Origin: a virus
Taxonomy: Duplodnaviria > Caudoviricetes
Direction: 5' to 3' (one strand)
IMG/VR virus record: IMGVR_UViG_3300018933_000005
Coordinates: 1 to 60,076 of that record
DNA length: 60,076 bases
Shown here: positions 1 to 9,176 of the stretch, piece after piece
Layout: each line of letters begins with the position of its first letter
Numbering within the stretch: position 1 is the first letter of the stretch
Notes under the pieces: generated by a model
The model's database searches: none
Told to the model about the DNA's origin: nothing
Seen by the model: the letters and a program-made list of their open reading frames with translations, nothing else
Made by a program: the position numbers and the translations under genes

Positions 1-788
1 TCGGCGTCCAAGCCGAGCGCCTTGTACGCGTCGCGGGAGGTGGTGGACATGTCCACCGCGCGGATGGAGAACTCCTTGAATGCGTCGCTGATGATGTCCG
101 TGTCCCGGGCGCCGCCCTGGATGCCCTGCCGGAACAGGCCCAGCGCCTCAGTGGCGTCGATGCCCAGCTTGCGGAACTGGACCGAGTACTCCTGGAAGCT
201 CTCCAGGAGATCCTCGGCGTTCGGGCCGAGCTTCTGCATGCCGACCGTGATGACGTCCAGCGCGGACTGCGCGTCCGGCGCGAGCCGGTTCTTCATCATG
301 GCGGCGACGGCCTGCGTCTGCATCGACATGTCCGTGCCGAAGGTGTTCGCCACGTCCGCCATCTGTGAGGCGATGGACTGTAGTTGCTTGTTCGTCGCAT
401 CCGGCGGGGCCAGGCCAGCGTTGACGATCGACCGGATCACCTCGGCGCCCTGCTGGACGTCCTCGGTGATGCCCTTGGCGTACAGTTGGCCTGCAATCTT
501 GCCGTAGCGTTCAGCGTCTTGGCTGGTTGCGCCGAGCTGGGCCTCAAGCTTCTTGGTGATGCCGGCCTGCTCCATCGCCTCGGCGATGCCCGCAACCAGC
601 AGGGCGCCAGCCGCCGCTCCTGCGGCGGCGGCACCGAGCGTCAGCTTCTCCTTCAGGCTCCCGCCGGCGGCGTCTCCGGCGGCCTGGCCTGCGTCGTCCG
701 CAGGCCCGACGAGCTGCTGCCGGATCTCGTTTCCGATGCCCCGCACAGACGGGATGATCTGGAGTGTTGCGTAGCCGACGGTGGGCAT
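1..788 (-). CDS. Tape measure protein, N-terminal part (runs off the left edge)
   Basis: Not in the ORF track. Manual translation from ATG 788: MPTVGYATLQIIPSVRGIGNEIRQQL...EYSVQFRKLG...GARDTDIISDAFKEFSIRAVD, an Ala/Gly-rich TMP sequence following the tail chaperones. Confidence 0.9.
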   Translation of the reverse strand, partial: MPTVGYATLQIIPSVRGIGNEIRQQLVGPADDAGQAAGDAAGGSLKEKLTLGAAAAGAAAGALLVAGIAEAMEQAGITKKLEAQLGATSQDAERYGKIAGQLYAKGITEDVQQGAEVIRSIVNAGLAPPDATNKQLQSIASQMADVANTFGTDMSMQTQAVAAMMKNRLAPDAQSALDVITVGMQKLGPNAEDLLESFQEYSVQFRKLGIDATEALGLFRQGIQGGARDTDIISDAFKEFSIRAVDMSTTSRDAYKALGLDA

Positions 789-803
789 CGGGTACCCCCG
801 TTC

Positions 804-1265
804 TCACGCGATGCGGCCCTCTCGGATGGCCTGCTCCCGTTCGCGCTTGCGGCGGCGGGCGTCCTCGATGCGGGCGACCCGTTCGGGACTGTTGGTCTTC
901 TTCCGCTTCCGCTTGGTCTCCCACCAGCGCGGATACGGCTTCGGTTTCTTCGGCAGGTCGGACTTCTTGGTGGCGTTGGCGGCTTGGATGTGCCAGTCGA
1001 CGTGCTGGAGCATGTCGAAGATGTCGGCCAGCAGGATCGACTCGGCGGTCGGTTCGGGGCGACCCTCATTGAGGGCGATCCGGGTGGCGGACTCCGGCGG
1101 GAGGCGGCGCACGTACACGCCCAGCTCCCGCCACGTCAGTCGCCTGTGGCCGCTGGCGTCCCGTATGAACAGGTCGCGCAGGCGGACCCCGTAGACAGCC
1201 CGCAGATCGGCTTCGACGGCCTCGCCGTGCTCCCTCAGGAGTCGGACGAGGCCTCCGATTCCCCC
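804..1265 (-). CDS. Tail assembly chaperone, -1 frameshift extension (gpGT-like)
   Basis: The -1 frame opens at the GGGGGAA heptamer (1259-1265) and reads IGGLVRLLREHGEAVEADLR...; lies between chaperone and TMP. Confidence 0.8.
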   Translation of the reverse strand, partial: GGIGGLVRLLREHGEAVEADLRAVYGVRLRDLFIRDASGHRRLTWRELGVYVRRLPPESATRIALNEGRPEPTAESILLADIFDMLQHVDWHIQAANATKKSDLPKKPKPYPRWWETKRKRKKTNSPERVARIEDARRRKREREQAIREGRIA

Positions 1266-1579
1266 AGGCCGCAGTGCTTCTTGTAGGCCTCGAACAGTGC
1301 CTTCAGCTTCCATTGCGGCAGCGGGTGCTTGCGGAACTCCTCGTAGTCGTCGCCGAGGGCCGCCCGGAAGAGGGTGAGCATGGCGCCGACCTCGCCGCGG
1401 TCCGCGCCTTCCAGGAGCTTCCACACGTCCAGTTCCTCGACGTGGGCCAGCTCGAAGCGGCGTCCGCCGAAGTGGACGCGGAACGGGTGGAGCTCGGCCT
1501 CGGCTTGGACCGCGTCGAGGTTGAAGTCGAACGGCTGATCGTCGGCGGGACGGCTCTTGGTCGCGGTTCGGGTGGTCAT
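1235..1579 (-). CDS. Tail assembly chaperone (gpG-like)
   Basis: 114 aa, ends CGLGESEASSDS with a slippery site; synteny. Confidence 0.8.
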   Translation of the reverse strand: MTTRTATKSRPADDQPFDFNLDAVQAEAELHPFRVHFGGRRFELAHVEELDVWKLLEGADRGEVGAMLTLFRAALGDDYEEFRKHPLPQWKLKALFEAYKKHCGLGESEASSDS

Positions 1580-1932
1580 CGGTGCTCGCTCTCTTTGCGC
1601 GGTTCGGGCTTGAGGATCTGGACGGCGTCGGCCATCAGCGTCATGCGGACGGTGCTGACGCCGTCGGGGTTCAGGCGGACGTCCATGGGCTCGTTGGCGA
1701 CCAGCCAGGGGAACGGCTCGCCGTCGATGAGGATCGCGCCGCCCGGCTGGACGACGATCTCCTTGGCGAGCTGCGGCTCTGCCTCAGGTGGCTGCCGGTT
1801 GTCGGCGGCTGCGGCGAGGAGGGCGGCGACCACGCGGCTGCGCAGGTGCCGCGGCAGTTCCTCGCCCTGCTGGATCAGACCGAGGTCGACGGCCTTCGCC
1901 GTGACCTGCTCGTCGGTGTACCGGGCGTGCAT
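1576..1932 (-). CDS. Hypothetical protein in tail module
   Basis: 118 aa, RBS upstream, overlaps next start. Confidence 0.65.
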   Translation of the reverse strand: MHARYTDEQVTAKAVDLGLIQQGEELPRHLRSRVVAALLAAAADNRQPPEAEPQLAKEIVVQPGGAILIDGEPFPWLVANEPMDVRLNPDGVSTVRMTLMADAVQILKPEPRKESEHR

Positions 1933-2008
1933 CGCTCTCCTTGTCGCGGTTCGGCTGAGTGCCGGGGCGCGGCCGAACCGCGACGAACACCCGCGCCCCG
2001 GCAGCTCA

Positions 2009-2779
2009 TCAGGCGGTGACGGTCACCGCGCTGGTGTCGGTCTGGCCGGAGTAGGACGCGGTCACGGTGGCCGTGCCCGGCGCGACTCCGGTCACGAACC
2101 CGGCGGAGACGGTGGCCACGGCCGTATCGGAGGACGACCAGGAGGCGTCCGCAGTGACGTCGACAGTGGTGGCGTCGTCGTAGGCGGCCGTAGCGGTCAG
2201 GGCGCCGATCGCGCCGTCGGCCACCGACAGGGTCGCCGGGGCCACGGTCAGGCCGGTCAGGACCGGGGTGGTCTGCCGGTCGAACAGCACCCCGGCGGCG
2301 GTGGGGAAGACGGTGACGGCGAACGTCATCGACTCCAGGTCGGTTTCGTTCTCGCCGTGGTCGCCGTCGAGTGTGACCTCCCCGTACAGGGCGGTGATCA
2401 GGCGGCGGACCTTGCCACCCTCGCGGGTCTCGAACGCGACCTTCACCCTCGCCGGACGCGGCACCACGATCTGTGTCGGGGTCGAGCCGGGCCACAGCAG
2501 GCTGTAGGTGGTGGCGTTGTCCTCCAGCGCCGTGAAGCTCTTGGTCAGCTTGAAGTGCGCGCGGGAGGTGCGGACCAGCATGCCGCCCCAGGCGTACTTG
2601 TCGTCGGTGTCCTCATCCCTGCTCTCGGGGAATCCCTCGTCCCCGTCGAGCAGGCCCACCAGGTCCCAAGCCGCTCCGAACGGCGCGTTGGCGTCGGCGG
2701 GCAGGGCCGCGTTGAGGTCGGACGAGACGTAGACGTCGGCGTCCGTCCAGAGATTTGCCTTCAGCGGATCACCGGCCAC
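2009..2779 (-). CDS. Major tail protein with C-terminal Ig-like (Big_2-type) domain
   Basis: WTDADVYV...VGLLDGDEGF...AWGG tail-tube motifs; C-terminal WSSSDTAVATVSAGFVTGVAPGTATVTASY Ig motif. Confidence 0.88.
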   Translation of the reverse strand: MAGDPLKANLWTDADVYVSSDLNAALPADANAPFGAAWDLVGLLDGDEGFPESRDEDTDDKYAWGGMLVRTSRAHFKLTKSFTALEDNATTYSLLWPGSTPTQIVVPRPARVKVAFETREGGKVRRLITALYGEVTLDGDHGENETDLESMTFAVTVFPTAAGVLFDRQTTPVLTGLTVAPATLSVADGAIGALTATAAYDDATTVDVTADASWSSSDTAVATVSAGFVTGVAPGTATVTASYSGQTDTSAVTVTA

Positions 2780-2838
2780 GGCGTCCTCCTCATGTCTCGA
2801 AGCAGGGTCAGGGGCGTCGCGGTTCGGCTATGCGGTTG

Positions 2839-3267
2839 TCAGTTCGGGATCGGCTGCGGCCTGACGTTGGCAGTCACCAGGAATGTCGACAGGTCGATGC
2901 TGGAGGCGTCGTCGACGGCGGGCAGCGGGCCGACCGCCGGCCGCACCCCGCGGATCACGGGTCCGGAGTGCACGATCAGCAGGCCCTGGCAGAGCATCGC
3001 CAGATCGTGCGCCTGGTCGGCGTCGGTATGCCAGACGGTGACGCGCAGCAGACACCGGGCGTTGGCCATCGACGGGTGCGGGGTGTTGCCGTCCAGCCGG
3101 ACCAGCACATACGGCAACTCCGGGGTCTCCGGGGAGCGGTCGCCCGGCACCCGCGTGCCGACCTTTACCCCGGCTGCGTGAGGCTCCGGCCGCCCCGCCA
3201 GAGCCTCACGCAGCACCGCCGCCCCCGCGGACTGCACGTCGGGGAATAGCGTCAGGGGCTTACTCAT
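2839..3267 (-). CDS. Tail terminator / tail completion protein
   Basis: Directly upstream of the major tail gene; FPDVQ and PYVLVRLDG motifs. Confidence 0.7.
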   Translation of the reverse strand: MSKPLTLFPDVQSAGAAVLREALAGRPEPHAAGVKVGTRVPGDRSPETPELPYVLVRLDGNTPHPSMANARCLLRVTVWHTDADQAHDLAMLCQGLLIVHSGPVIRGVRPAVGPLPAVDDASSIDLSTFLVTANVRPQPIPN

Positions 3268-3554
3268 CCGCCGCTTCCCTGCCACGGCCGCACCTCGGCG
3301 CCGGCCTCCTGTGCCGATCGGGTCAGGACCCCGTCACGGGCCTGCCAGCCCATGCCGCGTGCGTGCGCGATCGTCACCGACGCGGCGCCGCGGTCGGTGG
3401 TGTACTTGCGGATCTGGACCGGGGTGCCGGGGGGAAGCTTCGCCCGCGTGCGGGCGCGCACGTCCTCCGCGACGCCGTCGACCATCTCCCGTACCCCGTC
3501 GGACTTGAGCACCTCACGGATTCCGGCGGAGTCCAGTTCCAGCTTCTCCAGCAC
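3264..3554 (-). CDS. Neck/tail completion protein (HK97 gp10-like position)
   Basis: LDSAGIREVLKS motif; synteny. Confidence 0.65.
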   Translation of the reverse strand: MLEKLELDSAGIREVLKSDGVREMVDGVAEDVRARTRAKLPPGTPVQIRKYTTDRGAASVTIAHARGMGWQARDGVLTRSAQEAGAEVRPWQGSGG

Positions 3555-3566
3555 GTCGGCCTCCTC

Positions 3567-3914
3567 TCAGCCGGTGGCGCGCTGCATGGTGAACTCGATG
3601 TGGTGGACGCCGCCCTCCAGCGGGTCGGGCCAGCGGGCCACCTCGCCGATGACCTGCAGCGTCATGCCGTTCCACTCGATGCGGTCGCCCGAGCGGACGT
3701 CGGCGTCCGTGCCGGGCTCGGACAGCACCCGCCAGCCGGTGACCACCGCGGTGCGGTCCGGCTCGGTGTCCTCGGCCTGGGTGTTGGGCTGCACGCTGAC
3801 GTGGTCCACCACGGCGCGGGTGACCGCTCCCGGCGACCAGTCCGGCACCTCGTTGCCGCCCCGGTCCACCTTGGTGCCGGGACGGATCACAGTCACCTGC
3901 TGGTGAAAGATCAC
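3567..3914 (-). CDS. Head closure protein (head-tail stopper)
   Basis: DRGGNEVPDW...SVQP...DRIEWNG pattern; synteny. Confidence 0.75.
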   Translation of the reverse strand: MIFHQQVTVIRPGTKVDRGGNEVPDWSPGAVTRAVVDHVSVQPNTQAEDTEPDRTAVVTGWRVLSEPGTDADVRSGDRIEWNGMTLQVIGEVARWPDPLEGGVHHIEFTMQRATG

Positions 3915-4465
3915 GGCTGCTCACCCGCGTTCACCCGGTACTTCTTCACCATCGCCGACCACTGCGCGCTCACGCCGACCGCAGCCTGCGCGCCGAAGGT
4001 GGTGGTGATGCCCCCGGCCTGGACCGTCTGCACCCCGGCCTTAACCGCGTACAGCACCCGGGCCTGGTCGATGACGACTTCCTGAATGTCCTCCGGCACC
4101 GGGTCGTAGCCGTGGCTGTAGGTCACCCGCAGGCAGCGCAGCCGGTCCGGCCACACCGTCCCACCCAGCCGCCGCAGGAACCCGTCCGCCGACCAGGCGT
4201 AATCAGTGCCGTCAACCAGCGGCTCGCCGTCCAGCAGCACCTCGGACACCGCGGTCACAGGAGCGGCCGGCAGCAGGATCGACGACCGGCCACCGCCGTC
4301 CAGCACCATCACATCCCCGGCCACCGGCGTCACCGGGTGGCGGACCGCCCCGCGGAATCGGCTGGAGGCCGCGGCGAGGGCGGCCAGCAGCTTCGGATCC
4401 TCTGGCCCTACCGGCAGCCATGCGGCCAGGTCAGCCGGGTCGGCGAGGTAGTCAGTCGTCGCCAC
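3911..4465 (-). CDS. Head-tail connector/adaptor
   Basis: GTG start 4465; LPAAPVTAVSEV...VTYSHGY...PEDIQEVV adaptor motifs. Confidence 0.75.
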   Translation of the reverse strand: MATTDYLADPADLAAWLPVGPEDPKLLAALAAASSRFRGAVRHPVTPVAGDVMVLDGGGRSSILLPAAPVTAVSEVLLDGEPLVDGTDYAWSADGFLRRLGGTVWPDRLRCLRVTYSHGYDPVPEDIQEVVIDQARVLYAVKAGVQTVQAGGITTTFGAQAAVGVSAQWSAMVKKYRVNAGEQP

Positions 4466-4805
4466 CGGAGGCGGCCTTGGTCCGGGACGTGCGCGCCTTG
4501 TTCGACGTGGTGCGGGACTTGTTCTCCGCCGTGCCGGCCTTCTCCTCCGTTGTGGAAGGTGCGGTCGGCTGCTCACCGTCGATCGGGGTGGCGTCGTAGC
4601 GTTCGGCGTCGGCCTCGTTGAGCTTCATCACGGTCTTCCTGCCGCCCGGCAGCGTGACCTCGTACCTTTTCAGCGGTCCGCTCACGGCGGCCACCTCCCA
4701 TGTCTCGTCCACCGGCACGGACGCCGAGGGCGGGCCGCATGCGGCATGCGTTCCGCCGCAGATCGGGCACCGCCCTCGGACCGTCCGTGAGCTGATCAGG
4801 GTCAC
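4452..4805 (-). CDS. Hypothetical protein after capsid gene (CPICG motif, basic tail)
   Basis: GTGA overlap with capsid stop; an alternative start at 4685 is possible. Confidence 0.55.
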   Translation of the reverse strand: MTLISSRTVRGRCPICGGTHAACGPPSASVPVDETWEVAAVSGPLKRYEVTLPGGRKTVMKLNEADAERYDATPIDGEQPTAPSTTEEKAGTAENKSRTTSNKARTSRTKAASGGDD

Positions 4806-6139
4806 GCTGTCAGGTCGATCTCGACGAACGCGCTGGGCTGGATGACGCCGAACGCGGCGCGCATCTCGGCGAGGATCGCCACCAGGTTCCGCACGAAGAA
4901 GTCTGCGTGCGAGTCGGTGACGGTGATGGACGCCTGCTCGCGGTCCCACAGCATCGCCTTGCGGAAATCGCCGACGTAGCCGGTACCGGCGGGGACCGCC
5001 TCGGTCTGGATGACCGGCAGCCCCCACAGTGCCGTCGCGGTGCCGGCCGCGCCCGGGCCGCCGAAGTAGAAGTCGGCGTTCCCGTTGACGGACAGGTCGA
5101 TGGACTCGACGTCGGCCGGGTTGAGCAGGTACGCGTTCGGCACGGAGCGGCCCACGGTGTAGACCTTGGTCTTGGCCTTGCGCAGGGTCCGCAGGCGCTG
5201 CATGTCCGCGCCGGTGCCGGTGGTGTCCCACGCCTGCGTCTGAATGCCGGAGACGTTGGCCAGGCCCTCGAAGTTCTCCCCGGTCCCGTCACCGGAGATC
5301 ATCTGGTCTTCGAGTTCCTCCTCCAGGCCGTAGCGCAGGAAGGAGTCGATGAGGGTGCGGATCTGCGCCGCATCACTCAGCGCACGCTTGGTGATCGGGA
5401 TCCAATGCGCGATCGTCCGCACCGGCGTGGTGACCTTCGCCACCGACAGCCCCGACTCCGGCTTGTAGCCGCCCCCGGCCGCCGGCACCAGCGCACCGGC
5501 CGTGCCCGGCGCCGTCGGGGCGTCCGCGGTCGTGGCCTCCGGCACCGGCGCGGCGTTGTTCGTCGTCGAGGTGACGCGCACGTACTCGATGGTGTCCGAG
5601 CCGGTGGTGCCGTTGGCGACCACGTCCCGCAGCCGCAGCGGGCGCTGGAACAGGTCCAGCCCCACCTGCAGGCCGCGGTAGTCGTTCTGCACGAACCCGC
5701 CGGCCGACGTGTCCGACGCGCCCGTAACCAGGCTCTTGTAGCTGGCGGGCATCGACTGCACGCGGGCCTTCGCGCCGAAACCGCCCCGCGGCGCGGTCGC
5801 CATCAGCCCCCGGTACGCCTCGCTCTTGACGAACGACTCGCCGAGGCTGCCGGCGGGAGGCGGCACGATCAGCCCGGAGGCGGTACGGCGCTCGCCGCCC
5901 TTCTCCTCGTTCAGGCCGATGCCCTCGCCGAGATCCTTCAGCGCCGAGCGCATCTCGCGGTCGGCCTTGGCCTTCTCCAGACCGGCCTTCGCCTCCTTGG
6001 CCTTGGCCATGTGCTCGGTGACCTGAGCCCGCTCATCGTCGGTGAAGTCGCGGTCCTCATCCTCCGCCTTCGTGGCGATGGCCTGAGCCTGCAGCAGGTG
6101 GTGCTTGAGCTGTTCCTTCAGCTCCTCGATCTTGTTCAC
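4802..6139 (-). CDS. Major capsid protein, HK97 fold with N-terminal scaffold (delta) domain
   Basis: Coiled-coil N-terminus, then VRTIAHWIPITKRALSD, GDGTGENFEGL, GDF, FVRNLVAILAEMR. Confidence 0.95.
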   Translation of the reverse strand: MNKIEELKEQLKHHLLQAQAIATKAEDEDRDFTDDERAQVTEHMAKAKEAKAGLEKAKADREMRSALKDLGEGIGLNEEKGGERRTASGLIVPPPAGSLGESFVKSEAYRGLMATAPRGGFGAKARVQSMPASYKSLVTGASDTSAGGFVQNDYRGLQVGLDLFQRPLRLRDVVANGTTGSDTIEYVRVTSTTNNAAPVPEATTADAPTAPGTAGALVPAAGGGYKPESGLSVAKVTTPVRTIAHWIPITKRALSDAAQIRTLIDSFLRYGLEEELEDQMISGDGTGENFEGLANVSGIQTQAWDTTGTGADMQRLRTLRKAKTKVYTVGRSVPNAYLLNPADVESIDLSVNGNADFYFGGPGAAGTATALWGLPVIQTEAVPAGTGYVGDFRKAMLWDREQASITVTDSHADFFVRNLVAILAEMRAAFGVIQPSAFVEIDLTA

Positions 6140-6147
6140 GTCTCTCC

Positions 6148-7005
6148 TCAGTCCGTGAGCGAAAGGGCCTCGACCGTCAGCAGGTCGAGGTCGGTGCGCA
6201 GACGGAGCGAGGCGGTTCCGGTCTTGGCGGCGCCGCGGGGCGCTTCGCGGAGATCCGGCGTGGTCTCGTCCTCAGTGCTGCTCGATGGGGTCTCCCGGTC
6301 ACCCTTGGCGGGCTGGGTGACCGCGGTCTGGGCGGAGGGCTGTTCGCCGTCGGCCGCCGCGGCTCCCGGCTGGCCGGGCTTCTCGGGCTTGCTGTTCTTC
6401 TCCGGCTCGGCGCTGGACAGCACCTCGCTGATCGCGTCGCGCGCCTCGACGAGGCGCTCGTAGTTCTTCTGGGACAGCACGCGTCCGGCCTTCACGCCGG
6501 ACGCTACGTGGGCGGCCTTCGCCGCGATCAGCTCGGTCTCCTGGTTGGCGCCCACCAGCGTGGGCCCCACCTCGTGGATCCGCAGCTTGCGCAGCTCGTA
6601 CACCTCGCGGCCGTCCCGCTCACCCCAGCCGCCGTCCTCGATGTCGTAGGCGAAGGAAAACTGGGTGACGCGGCGGCCCTTCAGCAGGCGGAAGACCTGC
6701 TGCGCCTTGGGATTGTCCATGTCCAGTTGGCCCGTGACCAGCAGGCCGCCGGCGGACTCGCGTGCCTCGACGACGTGCCCGATGTGGGAGAACGGGTCAC
6801 CCCAGTCGTGTGACCAGATCACCGGGATCGGGTCGCCCGAGTCCTTCCAGCGCGCCAGGTCCTCGGTGAAGGCGCCCGGCATGACCACGTCCCCGACGCT
6901 GTCCTCGTTGCCGAACACGCTCACCAGGGCGGTGAACTCCCCGGCCCCCAGTCCATCGCTCTCGCCAGCCGCCTTCACCCGCGCAGGGGCATCCTTCGTC
7001 AGCAC
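6148..7005 (-). CDS. HK97-family prohead protease
   Basis: VFGNEDSVGDVVMPGAF, WSHDW, FSFAY, HEVGPTLVGAN. Confidence 0.93.
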   Translation of the reverse strand: MLTKDAPARVKAAGESDGLGAGEFTALVSVFGNEDSVGDVVMPGAFTEDLARWKDSGDPIPVIWSHDWGDPFSHIGHVVEARESAGGLLVTGQLDMDNPKAQQVFRLLKGRRVTQFSFAYDIEDGGWGERDGREVYELRKLRIHEVGPTLVGANQETELIAAKAAHVASGVKAGRVLSQKNYERLVEARDAISEVLSSAEPEKNSKPEKPGQPGAAAADGEQPSAQTAVTQPAKGDRETPSSSTEDETTPDLREAPRGAAKTGTASLRLRTDLDLLTVEALSLTD

Positions 7006-7006
7006 G

Positions 7007-8944
7007 TCAGTCTCCCCTCGCGTAGTCGAGCGTGCATTTGCAGTTCACGAGCTCCTCCAGCCGACCCGAGCCATCCCCCGGCCAGCGCAGGCCGTTGCTG
7101 AAGACGTCATCCAGGCCGACGGTCTCCCCGTTCTGGGCCCGGTGCGACGGCCTGGGGTTCGCGCCGCCGGTCCGCCAGATCTTCTTCACCAGCCCGCTGG
7201 CCTTGGCCGCGTCATGGCCGCCGAAAGAGCGGACCTCCGTCGCCGCGGTCGCCGCCCGGACCCCGGACGCCACCACCCACGCCTCGGCCGCGGACCGCAG
7301 AGCATCCCGCCAGCCATCGGCCCCGGCGCCCTGCGCGGCGGCGACCGCCTCCCGGCCAGCCTCCTCGTGCTGGGCGGCGTGCGTCTCCGCCGCCGCCAGA
7401 ATCCAGGCGAGCATCACCTCGGCCGACCAGCCCTCGGCCTCCGGGTTCCAGGCGGACAGCACCTCCCACGCGCCGACCTGCGCTAGCCGGTAGCCGTGCT
7501 CGGCCAGCAGCGCCTCCAGTTGCGCCAGGCGCTCCTCCGACCCGGCCGCCCACAGCTCCAGCAGATCCGGTGCCCCGTCGGCCTTCGCGCCCGCGGACGC
7601 CAGCAGGCGATCCGCCTGCCGCTGCGTCCACCGCGTCAGCGTCTTGGCGAACGCCTTCTGCTCGCTGTCGAACTGCCCCAGATCAGAGGGCCTGGAGCTC
7701 TTCGCGAGCGCCAGGCCCCGCGCTTTTGGGGCCGCGTCCGCCGGATCTGGCGCCGTGTCCCGCGGGGACGCGAGGCCGCCCTCGGTGACGTTCAGCGGCG
7801 TGATCAGCGAATCGCCGCCCTCCACCTGCGGCAGATTGAACCGGGCGCGCTGCTCGTTGACCGTCATCCACGGCCGGCCCGTTGCCGTCGACGCCGCCGC
7901 GGCCTGCTCCTCGAAGGAGCCGCGCATCTTCTCGGCGATGTTGAACTCGACGTACACGTCCTGGCTGTCGGGCATGTCCGGCAGCAGTTGGGCGCCGATC
8001 TCCTGCTGGATCATCGTCAGCCACGGGCCGAGCGTGTCCTGGTACAGGATCTTGTGTTGTTCGGAGATGTTCGAGTAGGTGGCGTGGTCGAGGATCCCCA
8101 CCAGCGGCGGCGGGATGTGGTACGCCGCGGCCACCTCCTCCCGCGTCAGTTTCCGCGACTCGATGTACTGCGCCTGCTGCGGGTTGATCGCGATCGGCGT
8201 GTACACCATGCCGTCCTCCAGGATCGGCGTACCGCCCTCCGCGCCGCCCCCCTGGGCGAACGTCCGCCACATCTCCGAGAAGCGGCGCTTCGCCTCCGGC
8301 GACCACGGCTCCGCGTCCGCCGGCCGGGACAGCACGCCCGTCATCCGCGCGCCCGACTTCCACATCTGCGCCCGCTGCCTGGTCGCCTCCTGCTCCTCCA
8401 GCAGCAGCGCCCGCAGCGCATCGATCGGCGACGAGCCCGACCGCAGATCCTCGGGCGTGTACCCGTGGAAATACACCACCTCGTCCACGCCGAACTCCCG
8501 GCCGCCAGCGGTCTCGAAGTAGTCCGGGGCGATCCAGTTGCCGTCCGCCGGGCGGATCAGCGTCGGCGGAACCGGCAGCAGCCGCCGCTGTCCGGCAACG
8601 GTCAGCTTGATCCAGTACCCCACGTCGTAGATCGCCAGGTCCGACACCAGACGCTCGATGAGCCGGTACGTCGTAAACCTCGGCAGCGGCCCGGCCAGCA
8701 GCAGCGCCAGCGGGTGATCCGTCAACCGCTGGCGGTCCACGTCCGACACCCGCCGGAACACATGCAGCCCTAGCTGGGCGATGTTCCGCGCCAGAAAGGA
8801 GACCACGGTGCGGACCTGTGGCTGCGCCCGCCAGATCGCCGCATACTCCCACGGGGCCGCCACGCTCGCCGGGACCGAGGCGTAAGTCGCCAGCGGGCTC
8901 GGGCCCGTCAACTGCATCTGTCCGCCCGACATCACGAACGCCAT
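7007..8944 (-). CDS. HK97-family portal protein fused to a C-terminal MuF-like domain
   Basis: ATG 8944; portal motifs (GSSPI, ILEDGM, EEVAAAYHIPP, MTVNEQR); C-terminal KKIW..RPSH..NG..F..L.WPGD...VNCKC. Confidence 0.9.
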   Translation of the reverse strand: MAFVMSGGQMQLTGPSPLATYASVPASVAAPWEYAAIWRAQPQVRTVVSFLARNIAQLGLHVFRRVSDVDRQRLTDHPLALLLAGPLPRFTTYRLIERLVSDLAIYDVGYWIKLTVAGQRRLLPVPPTLIRPADGNWIAPDYFETAGGREFGVDEVVYFHGYTPEDLRSGSSPIDALRALLLEEQEATRQRAQMWKSGARMTGVLSRPADAEPWSPEAKRRFSEMWRTFAQGGGAEGGTPILEDGMVYTPIAINPQQAQYIESRKLTREEVAAAYHIPPPLVGILDHATYSNISEQHKILYQDTLGPWLTMIQQEIGAQLLPDMPDSQDVYVEFNIAEKMRGSFEEQAAAASTATGRPWMTVNEQRARFNLPQVEGGDSLITPLNVTEGGLASPRDTAPDPADAAPKARGLALAKSSRPSDLGQFDSEQKAFAKTLTRWTQRQADRLLASAGAKADGAPDLLELWAAGSEERLAQLEALLAEHGYRLAQVGAWEVLSAWNPEAEGWSAEVMLAWILAAAETHAAQHEEAGREAVAAAQGAGADGWRDALRSAAEAWVVASGVRAATAATEVRSFGGHDAAKASGLVKKIWRTGGANPRPSHRAQNGETVGLDDVFSNGLRWPGDGSGRLEELVNCKCTLDYARGD

Positions 8945-9171
8945 CAGCCACCGCCTGCCGGGAGCACCTGGGTGAACTCCACCCGGGCGCGCTCGATGAC
9001 GACCTCGCCGTCCACCTTCTGCGGCTCCCGGCCGGCCTCCAGCAGCTCCGCATCCCGCAGCACCAGCAGCGGCCCGCGCTTTGCCCACAGCACCCCGGCG
9101 AACGCCTTGTCGGCCAGGTTCACCACCACGCGCCTGCGCACTGCGGTACGACGCCACGCGAACATGCCCAC
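8944..9171 (-). CDS. Small conserved protein between terL and portal (Sm-like pattern)
   Basis: VVVNL..AFAGVL..LVLRDA..VDGEVVIER..FTQV. Confidence 0.7.
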   Translation of the reverse strand: MGMFAWRRTAVRRRVVVNLADKAFAGVLWAKRGPLLVLRDAELLEAGREPQKVDGEVVIERARVEFTQVLPAGGG

Positions 9172-9176
9172 CCCCG

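Noticed and set aside
7007-9157. ORF-track start codons for the portal and many other genes
   Set aside because: The upstream extensions overlap neighbouring genes; starts were reassigned using RBS and stop/start coupling
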